Below, piece after piece: positions 1 through 9,702 of a stretch of DNA of 64,000 nucleotides. Every line of letters begins with the position of its first letter. Position 1 is the stretch's first letter. The stretch comes from an uncultured Eubacteriales bacterium. Its GTDB lineage: Bacteria > Bacillota > Clostridia > Oscillospirales > CAG-272. A model generated the notes under the pieces. That model was not told where the DNA came from. It did not search any database and saw nothing but the letters and a program-made list of their open reading frames with translations. Where the stretch lies: NCBI GenBank assembly GCA_900546635.1, contig URDS01000002.1, positions 337 to 64,336 of the forward strand, given 5' to 3'. The position numbers and the translations under genes are program-made.

Positions 1-583
1 CAGCGGCGCGGTCTGTAATTCGGAACGATTCGGGAAGCGCTTCGATCATCTCCGCAATTCTTTCCTCTACCATAGTGTCCGTAACCGGAACACGTCCCGC
101 AACAAAGACTTCAATCCCGAGATACTTTCCGAGCAGCAAATACTCGGACAGGTCGCTGTTTGCAAAGTCAAATGTTTCGGGATCCTTGGGCGTCGGCAAA
201 TCCAAGGTAGCCGACGTATCCGACACGGATACATCCGGAATATCCGGTATATCTGATGTTTCAGTGGGCTCCGTTTCCGTGACCGGCGGCTCCACTACCG
301 GTTCGGACGTGCTGTCCGCCGTAACCGGCTCAGGCTCGGAAGTTGTCGCATCCGATATGCCTGAAGTTTCAGAGGTTTCGGTGATTTCCGACGTGTCGGT
401 CGTCTCCGAGGATACGGGCGGAATCGTAACCGGCATGTCCGACGTGTCCTCAGACGGAACGGTCGCGTCTTCAGATTTCACCGTATCGGAAGAAGTCTCC
501 GGTACCGGATTTTCCGATCCGAAACAGGAAACAAGAGACAGCAGCAGCGCAGCCGTCAAAACAAGCGCCATCATACGCCTCAT
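1..583 (-). CDS. Putative lipoprotein, N-terminal part (the 3' end lies beyond the window start). It has a signal peptide with lipobox, a long acidic Ser/Thr/Pro/Glu-rich linker, then the start of a folded domain (..LSEYLLLGKYLGIEVFV..). Function not established.
   Basis: I translated the minus strand from the ATG at 583 (GGAGGG 6 nt upstream): MRRMMALVLTAALLLSLVSCFGS.., lipobox LVSC. The frame stays open to position 2. It is absent from the ORF track because it has no stop in the window. The listed 75..659 + ORF is its antisense shadow. Confidence 0.6.
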   Translation of the reverse strand, partial: MRRMMALVLTAALLLSLVSCFGSENPVPETSSDTVKSEDATVPSEDTSDMPVTIPPVSSETTDTSEITETSETSGISDATTSEPEPVTADSTSEPVVEPPVTETEPTETSDIPDIPDVSVSDTSATLDLPTPKDPETFDFANSDLSEYLLLGKYLGIEVFVAGRVPVTDTMVEERIAEMIEALPESFRITDRAA

Positions 584-698
584 TGTAATCCCTCCCCCGG
601 CACAGCACAGATACCTGAATATTATACAGCAATGCGCTGTAAAAGTAAATGAATTTTAGGTGAATTTTTGAAAATATTTTCGGCGGCCGGTTTCAAAC

Positions 699-1583
699 TC
701 AACGCAAACCGAGATCGTTTTTTTGAAAAGAAAAAGCCTTTCCGCAAAACTGACATCCGATCTCCAGCGCCTCGTTTTTCCCCTCGGCCGCCTGTTCCGC
801 AAACAGGCTGTTCAGTTCAACCTGCCCGACCGACAAAAGCGCGCGGCGCATCCGCTCACGCGAACAATTGCAGCGATACTCGGCCTCAAGCGTATCAAAT
901 ACGTCATACGGGATCCCGGCAAGCGCAATATCCGCGAGCGCAGACAAGCTTGTTTTCTGTTCTAATAAGGAAGAAACGCAAGAAAGCGCCGCTGCGTTTT
1001 CCTCCAGCCGGGAAATCACCGCTTCATCCGCAAAGGGCAAAAGCTGCACCATAACGCCGCCGGCCGCGCGAACATGCCCCTCGCGTCCGACCAGCACGCC
1101 GAGGGCAAGCAGCGTCGGAATCTGTTCGCTCTGCGCAAAATACGCCGTCACATCCTCGGCAATCTCTCCGCTGACAAGCTCGGTCGTACCGACATGGGGT
1201 TCGTTTTGTCCGCAGGAACGCACCACCGTAAGCCGGCCGCGGCCGACCGCGGCGCCCACATTCAGCTTTCCGTCCGCGCGCAGCGGCGGCTCTGCCGCCG
1301 GATTTTCAATATACCCTTTTACATTCCCGTAATAGTCCCCGACCGCAATCAGCTTTCCGAGCGGACCGTCGCCCGCAACGGTCAGGCTGACGGTGTCCTG
1401 CCGCTCGCCGCACATCGAACCCATAATAGCCGCTGCGCTGAGCAGCCGTCCGCACGCGGCCGTCGCCGTCGGCGAAGCGTTGTGAATCCGGCGCAGTTCC
1501 TCCACCATAGCGCACGAATCAATAACATGAATCCGTGCGCTTCCGTCCCGCGTCATACCGCGCAGAATCCGTGATTTTTCCAT
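699..1583 (-). CDS. hslO: Hsp33 redox-regulated chaperone
   Basis: The 294-aa ORF has the C-terminal zinc-centre motifs CNCSRE (CxC) and CQFCGK (CxxC) and a typical Hsp33 N-terminus (..RGMTRDGSARIHVID..). Confidence 0.9.
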   Translation of the reverse strand: MEKSRILRGMTRDGSARIHVIDSCAMVEELRRIHNASPTATAACGRLLSAAAIMGSMCGERQDTVSLTVAGDGPLGKLIAVGDYYGNVKGYIENPAAEPPLRADGKLNVGAAVGRGRLTVVRSCGQNEPHVGTTELVSGEIAEDVTAYFAQSEQIPTLLALGVLVGREGHVRAAGGVMVQLLPFADEAVISRLEENAAALSCVSSLLEQKTSLSALADIALAGIPYDVFDTLEAEYRCNCSRERMRRALLSVGQVELNSLFAEQAAEGKNEALEIGCQFCGKAFSFQKNDLGLR

Positions 1584-1608
1584 AAGCTATCCAGTTCCTT
1601 TCCCGATT

Positions 1609-2370
1609 TCAAATCCGCTTGGCCGTAAAATACAGCCGCTCGCCGTCCGGCGCGGGCGCGCCGCCGTCCGTATCCCCGTGTACGCAAATCAGAGAAAAAC
1701 CGCTTTCGGCAAGCAATTCTTCGATCTCCGCGCGCGAAAAACAATACTCCCGTTCATGATCTTCCCGGCGCGTCCACGCGCCGTCCGGCCGCCGCAGAAA
1801 AACAGACGTGTAAAAATCACAGACTCGGCTTGCGGGATCATAGACGTTCTGCCATCCGCAAAAGACGCCCTCGTCTTCTAAAATATACGCATTGGTGCCG
1901 TAGATTCGCTCAAATTTATAAGGTGAGTTCAAGTCGAACAAAAACAAACCGCCCGGCTCAAGATAATTGCGCACAAGCGAAAAAACGCGCGCAAGCTCTT
2001 CCCCGCCGTCCACATGATTCAGCGCGTCCAGCGTCGAGGTCACGGCCTGCACCGTGCCGTACAGTTCAAGTTCGCGCATGTCCTGACACAAAAAAAGAAT
2101 CCGCTCCGCACGCCCGACATCCGCCGCACGCTGACGGGCCACAGCCAGCATATCCGGCGAAAGATCCGCGCCGATCATATCATACCCCAGCGCATCCAGC
2201 GCAAGCGTCATACTGCCGGTGCCGCAGCAAAGATCCAGCACAAGCGACACCGGAATATCCGAATGCGCCGTGATCTGCGCCTGTATATACAAAGCCCAGC
2301 GTCTATAATCAATCTCTGCGTTGAGCCGGTCATATACAGCGGAAAGCGCGCCGTAATTGTCAGTCTTCAT
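1609..2370 (-). CDS. Class I SAM-dependent methyltransferase
   Basis: The 253-aa ORF carries the SAM motif I VLDLCCGTGSMT. GGGAGGG lies 8 nt upstream of the ATG. It sits 25 nt upstream of hslO on the same strand. Confidence 0.8.
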   Translation of the reverse strand: MKTDNYGALSAVYDRLNAEIDYRRWALYIQAQITAHSDIPVSLVLDLCCGTGSMTLALDALGYDMIGADLSPDMLAVARQRAADVGRAERILFLCQDMRELELYGTVQAVTSTLDALNHVDGGEELARVFSLVRNYLEPGGLFLFDLNSPYKFERIYGTNAYILEDEGVFCGWQNVYDPASRVCDFYTSVFLRRPDGAWTRREDHEREYCFSRAEIEELLAESGFSLICVHGDTDGGAPAPDGERLYFTAKRI

Positions 2371-2510
2371 ACGTCAGCCCTCCCGTGCGGCCGGCGTTTT
2401 GCCGACCGAATTTCTTTGAATCTATTTTAATGCATTTTATGTCACTTGTAAACACCTTTTCAAAATTTGGAGAAGATAGGCTTTTTCGCCAAAATTTTAA
2501 CAGAATATAG

Positions 2511-2539
2511 TTGATATTATTTCAAATTTGTGCTATATT
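2511..2539 (+). promoter_or_regulatory. Sigma-A type promoter for pgk-tpiA
   Basis: TTGATA (2511-2516), a 17-nt spacer, then TGcTATATT (extended -10; the hexamer is 2534-2539), about 60 nt upstream of the pgk ATG. Confidence 0.5.
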
Positions 2540-2597
2540 AATAAGAGTAAAAAATTGCAAATTCAGGTTTTATACTTATATAAAGGAGTGTGTTTCC

Positions 2598-3794
2598 ATG
2601 TACAACAAAAAAACCATCGAAGACGTTGACGTAAAGGGACGTCGCGTTCTGGTACGCTGCGACTTCAACGTACCGCTCAAAGACGGCAGGATCACGAGCG
2701 ACAAGCGCATTGTCGAAGCGCTCCCCACGATCCGCTTCCTGCTTGACCACGGCGCAAAAGTGATCCTTTGCTCTCATATGGGCAAGCCGAAAGGACAGGC
2801 GAATCCGAAATATTCGCTCGCTCCGGTTGCCGCTCGCCTCGGCGAACTGCTCGGTCAGCCCGTCGTCCTTACCGCCGACATTATCGGCAAAGCTGCTAAG
2901 GAAAAAGCAGCCGCGCTCACAGAGGGACAGGCTATCCTGCTTGAAAACGTCCGTTTCGACGCACGCGAGGAAAAGAACGATCCCGAATTTTCCAAAGAAC
3001 TCGCTTCGCTTGCCGAAATTTATGTGAACGACGCATTCGGAACCGCGCACCGCGCGCACGCATCCACGGCCGGCGTAGCCGCCTATCTCCCCGCCGTATG
3101 CGGCTATCTGATTCAGAAAGAAATCGGCATCATGGGCAAAGCGCTCTCGAATCCGGAGCGCCCGTTCGTCGCCATCCTCGGCGGCGCCAAGGTTTCCGAT
3201 AAACTGAACGTCATCAACAATCTGCTGACTAAAGTGGACACCCTGATCATCGGCGGCGGTATGGCCTACACGTTCCTCGCAGCCAAGGGCTATTCGGTCG
3301 GCACCTCTCTGCTCGACAGCGAAAAAATCGATTACTGCCGCGACATGATGAAAAAAGCGGAAGAAAAGGGCGTCAAACTTTTGCTGCCCGTGGATACTAC
3401 AATCGCCGCAAGCTTCCCGGATCCGATCGACGCGGCAATCGACGTCGAAATCGTTCCCTCGGATAAAATCCCCGCCGACCGCATGGGACTGGACATCGGA
3501 CCGAAAACCATGCAGTTGTACGCCGATGCGGTAAAAGCGGCAAAAACCGTCGTCTGGAACGGACCGATGGGTGTATTTGAAAACCCCACGCTTGCAAAAG
3601 GCACTGTCGCGGTTGCGCGCGCGCTGGCTGAGAGCGACGCCGTCACGATCGTCGGCGGCGGCGACAGCGCGGCGGCCTGCGAACAGCTCGGCTTTGCGGA
3701 TAAAATCACGCATATCTCTACCGGCGGCGGCGCTTCTCTCGAATTTTTGGAGGGACTTGTTCTGCCCGGTATCGCCTGCCTCGAAGACAAATAA
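2598..3794 (+). CDS. pgk: Phosphoglycerate kinase
   Basis: The ORF track frame 2511..3794 was trimmed to the ATG at 2598, which is preceded by AAAGGAG. The N-terminus [27 protein letters not shown] is canonical PGK. Confidence 0.95.
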   Translation: MYNKKTIEDVDVKGRRVLVRCDFNVPLKDGRITSDKRIVEALPTIRFLLDHGAKVILCSHMGKPKGQANPKYSLAPVAARLGELLGQPVVLTADIIGKAAKEKAAALTEGQAILLENVRFDAREEKNDPEFSKELASLAEIYVNDAFGTAHRAHASTAGVAAYLPAVCGYLIQKEIGIMGKALSNPERPFVAILGGAKVSDKLNVINNLLTKVDTLIIGGGMAYTFLAAKGYSVGTSLLDSEKIDYCRDMMKKAEEKGVKLLLPVDTTIAASFPDPIDAAIDVEIVPSDKIPADRMGLDIGPKTMQLYADAVKAAKTVVWNGPMGVFENPTLAKGTVAVARALAESDAVTIVGGGDSAAACEQLGFADKITHISTGGGASLEFLEGLVLPGIACLEDK

Positions 3795-3930
3795 GCTTTC
3801 TACCGATTTTATTCTGTTTTTTGCAGCCGGGAATCCGCGCGATCCCCGGCTGCCTGAAACCAACATTAAAAAAAAAAGACGGCGCACAGCGAATTTTTCA
3901 TGTGCGCCGATAAAGGTATTCTAAATTACG

Positions 3931-4692
3931 ATGAAAAGAAGATATGTCATCGCCGGCAACTGGAAAATGAACCAAACGCCGAGCGACACGAAAAAATTTA
4001 TAAAAGCGCTCGCGCCGCTGGCGGCGGGCAAGGACAACTGCGACATTCTGCTGTGCGTACCGTTTGTAGACATCTGGGTAGCGGCCGAAGCGGCGCAGGG
4101 CACCAATATCAAAATCGGCGCGCAGAACGTACACTTTAAAGAAAGCGGCGCGTATACCGGTGAAATCAGCGCGGACATGCTGAAAGAAGTCGGCGCGGAA
4201 TATGTGATTATCGGTCACAGCGAGCGCAGACAGTATTTCGGCGAAACCGACGAAACCGTCAATCTCCGCACGCGCGCGGCGCTGGAAAAGGGACTGAAAG
4301 TCATCCTCTGCGTCGGCGAACGGCTGGAGGCAAGGCAGGCGGGCATCACCGACGAAATCGTCGCCATGCAAACCAAGCTTGACCTGGCCGGCATCAGCAA
4401 AGAGGATCTTGCAAATATCATCATCGCCTATGAACCGGTATGGGCCATCGGCACGGGTCTCACCGCAACGCCGGAACAGGCGGATGAAACCTGCGGCGTG
4501 ATCCGCGCGGTCATCGGTTCGCTCTACGGAGCGGATGCTGCGCAAAGCATCACCATCCAGTACGGCGGATCCATGAACGAAAAAAATGCGGCCGCGCTTT
4601 TGGCCAAAGAGAACATCGACGGCGGTCTGATCGGCGGCGCTTCCCTCAAACCCGACGCTTTTTCGGCCATTATTGACGCGGCGCAGGTATAA
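3931..4692 (+). CDS. tpiA: Triosephosphate isomerase
   Basis: 253 aa with AGNWKMN, IIGHSERR and AYEPVWAIGTG motifs. Confidence 0.95.
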   Translation: MKRRYVIAGNWKMNQTPSDTKKFIKALAPLAAGKDNCDILLCVPFVDIWVAAEAAQGTNIKIGAQNVHFKESGAYTGEISADMLKEVGAEYVIIGHSERRQYFGETDETVNLRTRAALEKGLKVILCVGERLEARQAGITDEIVAMQTKLDLAGISKEDLANIIIAYEPVWAIGTGLTATPEQADETCGVIRAVIGSLYGADAAQSITIQYGGSMNEKNAAALLAKENIDGGLIGGASLKPDAFSAIIDAAQV

Positions 4693-4736
4693 AACGAAGA
4701 AACAAATCTAAGACAAAATTATGGAGGATTTCAGTT

Positions 4737-5867
4737 ATGGCAGACTATGTAAAGCTTCCGATTGAGCTTCTTGACGACTTCTGCATGACAGCGTTTAAGA
4801 AGCTCGGCTTCAAAAAATCCGAATGCCGGATTATCACGGACGTGCTGATCATGGCCGACAAATTCGGTATTGAATCACATGGTATGCAGCGTCTGGTTCG
4901 CTATCATAAAGGCATTGAAAAAGGCCTGATTGACATTCATGCAGTTCCGGAAACTGTGTTTGAAACTTCAACCACCGCTGTTATAGACGCGCACGACGCC
5001 ATGGGACAGCTTGTCGGGCATAAAGCAATGAAAATGGCGATCCGGAAAGCCAAACGCAGCGGCGTCGGCATCGTCTCCGTCCGCAATTCCAATCATTACG
5101 GCATCGCGGGCTATTATGCAAAAATGGCATGCAGCGAGGGGCTGATCGGCATGTCGTTTACAAACTCCGAGGCCATCATGGTTCCGACATTCGGCAAGCT
5201 GGCGATGCTCGGTTCCAACCCAATCGCGATCGCCATGCCCGCAGAGCCGTATGATTTTCTCTTCGACGCTTCCACGACCGTGGTTACACGCGGAAAACTG
5301 GAAATGTACAATAAAATGGGCAAACCGCTGCCCGACGGCTGGGCGCTCAACAAAGACGGAAAGGCTTCAACCGACGCGCCGGACGTGCTGAAAAACATCG
5401 TAGCCAAAAACGGCGGCGGCATTATGCCGCTCGGCGGCAACACCGAAACGCTTGGCAGCCACAAGGGGTACGGCTACGGCATGCTCTGTGAAATTTTCTG
5501 CTCGATTTTGTCCATGGGCACAACTTCAAACTTTGCAATGCAGGGCGGCAAGAGCGGCATCTGCCATGGCTTCATCGCCATCAATCCCGCAAACTTCGGC
5601 GATCCCGAAGCCATAAAAGAACATCTGTCTACATATTTGCGTCAATTGCGTGAATCGCCCAAGGCCGAGGGCGCAGAGCGTATCTACACGCACGGTGAAA
5701 AAGAAGTTGCGGCTGTCGAACGCGTTCTTCGCGAGGGCGCGCCGGTCAATATCAATACCCTGCGCGAAATGATCGATTTTGCGAAATTCGTCGGAATCAA
5801 TCCGAAAAAATACTTCGGCGAACATGCAAACATCGGAAGTTCCGAAATGTTTTCCGGGAACTATTGA
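4737..5867 (+). CDS. Ldh_2 family (malate/L-lactate/sulfolactate-type) NAD(P)H-dependent oxidoreductase
   Basis: 376 aa with the ..FGIESHGMQRLVRY.. and ..VRNSNHYGIAGYY.. motifs typical of the Ldh_2 family. GGAGG RBS present. Confidence 0.8.
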   Translation: MADYVKLPIELLDDFCMTAFKKLGFKKSECRIITDVLIMADKFGIESHGMQRLVRYHKGIEKGLIDIHAVPETVFETSTTAVIDAHDAMGQLVGHKAMKMAIRKAKRSGVGIVSVRNSNHYGIAGYYAKMACSEGLIGMSFTNSEAIMVPTFGKLAMLGSNPIAIAMPAEPYDFLFDASTTVVTRGKLEMYNKMGKPLPDGWALNKDGKASTDAPDVLKNIVAKNGGGIMPLGGNTETLGSHKGYGYGMLCEIFCSILSMGTTSNFAMQGGKSGICHGFIAINPANFGDPEAIKEHLSTYLRQLRESPKAEGAERIYTHGEKEVAAVERVLREGAPVNINTLREMIDFAKFVGINPKKYFGEHANIGSSEMFSGNY

Positions 5868-5921
5868 GTCCATGCCGGGAAACGACACCGTCCGGCATTC
5901 CGATCAAAGCGTATATAAAGC

Positions 5922-5950
5922 GGGCACTGCGTTTGCAGTGCCCGTTTTAT
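5922..5950 (+). terminator. Rho-independent terminator after the Ldh_2 gene
   Basis: GGGCACTGC-GTTT-GCAGTGCCC followed by GTTTTATAT. Confidence 0.6.
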
Positions 5951-6186
5951 ATACCGTAAGAATTGTCGGGAAACCCGGAATATTCGGCAAAAAAGGCGTG
6001 TATTCTGCGACGCTGCGTCGCCGTTTTTTGGGAAAAAAGCTCTATATTTTACCGAAATTCATAGACCAACCAAATTTTTTACACAATGTTTTGTATAATA
6101 TATACATGAAATCACTTGACTTCGATACTTTTGTGTGCGAGAATAAATATGAAACCGAAATGCATTTACAAACAGGAGGATTTTTT

Positions 6187-7971
6187 ATGAAAAGAACAAG
6201 TTTACTGCTCATTGCACTGACACTGATGCTGGCGCTGCTGGCCATCGGTGCTTCCGCAGCGGAAACGGTTATTTACGAAAATGACTTTTCCGACCCTGCC
6301 ACGCTCTCTGACTTCAAGCAATACCGCGCCGAATGGGAGATTAAAGACGGCGGTCTGTTTATGACCGATCGCATAGATCCGGAAGCTCCGAAAAATGCGC
6401 CGTCCGAGACTTTTTCTTTCATTATTTATCAGTCCAAGGAAAAACTGACCGACTACATCGTTGAAGTGGATTACATGAACATTCAGACGATGGGCGGTAT
6501 TATTTTCCGTGCAGATCAGAATGCTGCATCCAACGCCTCCAGCAACGCCTTTTACGGCTATCTCGCATTTATTGCCAATGACGCCGCCAAGGGTGCGCTT
6601 GGTTGCGGTGACGCTGTCGGCGACTGGAAAGGCAATATCAATGTCGGTAACGTAACCGGCAACTGCACGATGGGTTCCAATGTCCATATCAAGGTCATCG
6701 TTAAGGGTGAAAAAATGCATATTACCATGACCAACATTGATTCCGGCAAAGAAGTGTACAACTACATTTATAAAATGGGAGAATCTGCCAGTGACGCTTT
6801 GTGGACCGAGGGAACTTTCGGATTTCGTATGCGCTCCGAGTTCACTGCCAATATGGCCGTATCGGCAAACAATGCATATTTTGACAACCTGAAAGTTACA
6901 ACGGCCAACGAAGTAGCAATCGATGATACGCTTCCTACAAATCCGACAACTCCACAGCATCTGATCGATACATCCAAGCTCCAGCCCGTATATACCAACA
7001 ACTTTGACAACGCAGACGCGCTCAAAGACTTTACACAGTACCTCGGCACATGGGAAGTCAAAGACGGACGTCTGTATCTGACGGCGTCGACCGGCGATCA
7101 CTCGTTTATTCTGTACACCGGAGACAGCACTTTAACAGCGCTTACCGATTATGTTTTGGATGTAGACATGTATAACACACAGACCCAAGGCGGTCCGATC
7201 ATTCGTTCTAATCTTGAATTTGTTTCGGATACAAGCGTGAATGGTTTTGCAGGCTATATCGGTTTTGTCGCTTTCACAGGTAATCTGGGCGCAGTCGGCG
7301 TCGGTGTTGAAAACGGCGCATGGGGCGGCAACATTAATGTTGGGCCTGCTACATTTGAACCGAACAGCAACTTGCACATCCAGCTTGCGGTAAAGGGCGA
7401 CCAATTGCAGTGTATCTTTACAGATATCACAACAGGCAAGGAAATTTGGAGCTATGCCGGTACACACGACAAATGGAGCCAGGGCTCTTTCGGATTCAGA
7501 CTGTACGCGAAAGAGAAAGATGGTCTGATCAACGTAGGCACAACTGCGTTTGACAACCTGGTAATTTCCAAATACTCCGACGGCACAACGTCGGCCGCCT
7601 CGACCGAGATCAAAATGACCATCGGCGACATGAACGGCTATGTCAACGGTGTTGCCAAAGCACTTGACGCGGCGCCTATTATCCGTCAGAACCGCACGAT
7701 GCTTCCCGTCCGCTTTGTGGCTGAAAACCTCGGCGCAACGGTTGCTTGGGACGGCGCGACCAGCACGGCAACCCTCACCTGCGGCGATATTGAGATCAAA
7801 ATCACCATAGGCGCAACAACCGCAACGATCAACGGCGAAGAAAAGCCTTTGGATGCGCCTGCATTCATCGAAAATTCGAGAACCTATCTGCCTGTTCGCT
7901 TTGTGGCGGAGGCGCTCGGCGGTACGGTTGCCTGGGACGGTAATACCAGCACCGCGACCATTACAAAATAA
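6187..7971 (+). CDS. Secreted wall-associated protein: signal peptide, two tandem concanavalin/LamG-like (DUF1080-like) domains, then two copper-amine-oxidase-N-terminal-like (stalk) domains
   Basis: The ORF was trimmed to the ATG at 6187 (AGGAGG upstream). The signal peptide reads MKRTSLLLIALTLMLALLAIGASAAE. Two roughly 200-aa repeats each start ..Y.NDF....L.DF.QY...WE.KDG.L. and end ..FDNL.V. The C-terminus has two copies of ..G.VNG....LDAAP.I...RT.LPVRFVAE.LG.TVAWDG.TSTAT.. Confidence 0.7.
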   Translation: MKRTSLLLIALTLMLALLAIGASAAETVIYENDFSDPATLSDFKQYRAEWEIKDGGLFMTDRIDPEAPKNAPSETFSFIIYQSKEKLTDYIVEVDYMNIQTMGGIIFRADQNAASNASSNAFYGYLAFIANDAAKGALGCGDAVGDWKGNINVGNVTGNCTMGSNVHIKVIVKGEKMHITMTNIDSGKEVYNYIYKMGESASDALWTEGTFGFRMRSEFTANMAVSANNAYFDNLKVTTANEVAIDDTLPTNPTTPQHLIDTSKLQPVYTNNFDNADALKDFTQYLGTWEVKDGRLYLTASTGDHSFILYTGDSTLTALTDYVLDVDMYNTQTQGGPIIRSNLEFVSDTSVNGFAGYIGFVAFTGNLGAVGVGVENGAWGGNINVGPATFEPNSNLHIQLAVKGDQLQCIFTDITTGKEIWSYAGTHDKWSQGSFGFRLYAKEKDGLINVGTTAFDNLVISKYSDGTTSAASTEIKMTIGDMNGYVNGVAKALDAAPIIRQNRTMLPVRFVAENLGATVAWDGATSTATLTCGDIEIKITIGATTATINGEEKPLDAPAFIENSRTYLPVRFVAEALGGTVAWDGNTSTATITK

Positions 7972-7991
7972 AAGACGTTTATTCAAAACAT

Positions 7992-8020
7992 CGGAGCGGA
8001 TTCCGTGGGAATCCGCTCCG
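7992..8020 (+). terminator. Terminator-type hairpin downstream of the 6187..7971 gene, immediately abutting the IS left end
   Basis: CGGAGCGGATTCC-GTG-GGAATCCGCTCCG. No T-tract follows; the IS terminal repeat starts 3 nt later. Confidence 0.45.
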
Positions 8021-8022
8021 AT

Positions 8023-9558
8023 CAGTCTGTCAAAAAAAGCCATCTAAAGCACAGCTTTAGGTGGCTTTTTTGTGTAAAAAATGGTATAATGAAAACATAA
8101 AAGGCGGTGAAGAGAATGTTTGAAAAAAGTCCTGATATGCGAGGAGAAATAAAGATAGTAGACATGGAAAGTCTAATGCCGAAGGAACATATACTGAGGA
8201 AAATAGACAGTGTAATAGACTTTAAAGAGATATATGAAATGACGGAAAAATACTACTGCGAGGATAACGGGAGACCGTGCTGTGATCCGGTAATTGTAGT
8301 CAAAATAGCATTTTTACAGCACCTATTCGGCATACGGTCGTTAAGACAAACCATAAAAGAAGTGGAAATGTACATAGCATATCGCTGGTTTCTGCACTTC
8401 AATTTAGACACGCCGATACCGCACTTTGCAACAATCAGTTATGCCTTTGCGACAAGATTTCCGAAAAAGCTGTTTGAAAAAATATTCAGTTAGATATTGG
8501 AAAAGGCCGTAGAGAAAAGAATGGTAGATGCCAAAGCTGTATTCATCGATTCCACGCACATCAAAGCAAATGCCAATAAGAAAAACCACAGAAAAAAGCA
8601 GGCGGAATTTACCGCAAGAGTTTATGACCAAAAGCTCAAACAGGAAATCAATGCAGACAGAGAAGCGCACGGCAAGAAGCCCCTCGTGGAGAAGCCCGGG
8701 AAATCGGAGAACACAAAAGAAATTACAGTTTCAACAACAGACCCAGACTGCGGACTTTTCCGCAAGGGCGAGCACAAGGTGGAATTTGCATATACCACGC
8801 ATACGGCTTGCGCCAAGCATAATTTTGTATTGGGAGCAAAGGTAACAGCAGGTAATGTACATGACAGTGTAGTGTTTGATGAGGTGCATGACGAAGTAAA
8901 GGAAAAATTCGAGGAAATAGCGTCAGTTGCGGTAGATGCAGGCTGCAACTCCCCATGGATATGCAAAAAGGTAATAGATGACGGCAAGGAAATCATGACA
9001 CCCTACAAGAGACCGATGACCAAGAAAGGCTTTTTCCACAGCTATGAGTTTGTATACGATGAATATTACGATTGCGTGATTTGTCCGAATAACAAGGTTT
9101 TAAAATATTCCACGACAAACAGGGATGGATACAAGGAGTTCAAAAGCAACCCAAAAGATTGTGAGAAAGGCCAATATTGAGATAAATGTACAAACAGTGA
9201 AAGTCATCAAAAGATAGTTACAAAACACATGTGATCTGATTACATAGACTTGGCAGAGGATATCCGACACAGCGATAGAGGAAAAGCAATTTATTCGCTG
9301 CGAAGTCAGACAATCGAGCGAGTATTTGCAGACGCAAAAGAAAAACACGCTATGCGTTATACATTCATAAAAAGCCTACCAAGAGTACAGAATTGGGTAA
9401 GGCTTAAGTTTGCTGCAATGAATTTGAAAAAGCTGGCAATGGGGGCATAGGAACGCTCCACATTACAACTTTATTTTTTGAATACACTTCAAAAATTGAT
9501 AATCAACGAAAAAACCATCGTCTTCGCGATAAGAAAACGATAGTTCTTTGACAGACTG
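8023..9558 (+). mobile_element. IS1182-family insertion sequence (1,536 bp), non-functional copy
   Basis: The terminal inverted repeats are CAGTCTGTCAAA at 8023 and TTTGACAGACTG ending at 9558. Internally there is a hairpin, a TGgTATAAT promoter (8081-8089), then a transposase frame. The element is clearly more AT-rich than its flanks by eye. Confidence 0.8.
8107..9450 (+). pseudogene. IS1182-family DDE transposase interrupted by three in-frame stop codons
   Basis: The three track ORFs (8107..8493, 8497..9180, 9250..9450) are all in the same frame. They are separated only by TAG (8491-8493), TGA (9178-9180) and a TGA about 50 nt further on. Motifs: N-terminal ..LMPKEHILRKID..DNGRPCCDPVIVVKIAFLQHLFGIRSLRQ.. 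(DUF772-type), ..FIDSTHIKANANK.., and C-terminal ..SQTIERVFADAKEKHAMRYT.. Confidence 0.8.
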
Positions 9559-9702
9559 TGGAGAGGATACCAAAGGTATCCTCTCCATTTCAAATTGTCT
9601 GCGTTGCTATATCCTGTTTTTAAGTGTTTAAAATGCCTTTTTACAAGGATTCAACGTGTAAAACTGAAAACGGGGTTATATTCCAAGTCCCTATTTTGCT
9701 GT

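Noticed and set aside
75-659. A 194-aa plus-strand ORF rich in Ser/Val/Thr/Asp (MSVTGTRPATK..SDVSVGSVSVTGG..).
   Set aside because: It is the antisense shadow of the minus-strand lipoprotein gene (ATG 583, GGAGGG RBS, signal peptide plus lipobox LVSC). It has no RBS, and its low-complexity sequence mirrors the acidic S/T/P/E linker encoded on the other strand.
3823-3853. The hairpin GCAGCCGGGAATCCGCGCGATCCCCGGCTGC between pgk and tpiA, considered as a terminator.
   Set aside because: No T-tract follows it on the plus strand, and tpiA has no obvious promoter of its own. It is more likely an intra-operon stabilising or processing structure, and it is too uncertain to call.
9178-9240. The possibility that the TGA codons in the IS transposase are read as Trp (code-4-like recoding), or that the stops are programmed read-through.
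   Set aside because: Host genes in the window clearly terminate at TGA, including several ATGA/GTGA start-stop overlaps (coaE/slt, slt/M18, prfA/tsaC, argH/argC, livM/livG). One of the three interruptions is TAG, and a conserved Cys is also mutated. Simple mutational decay is the more economical explanation.
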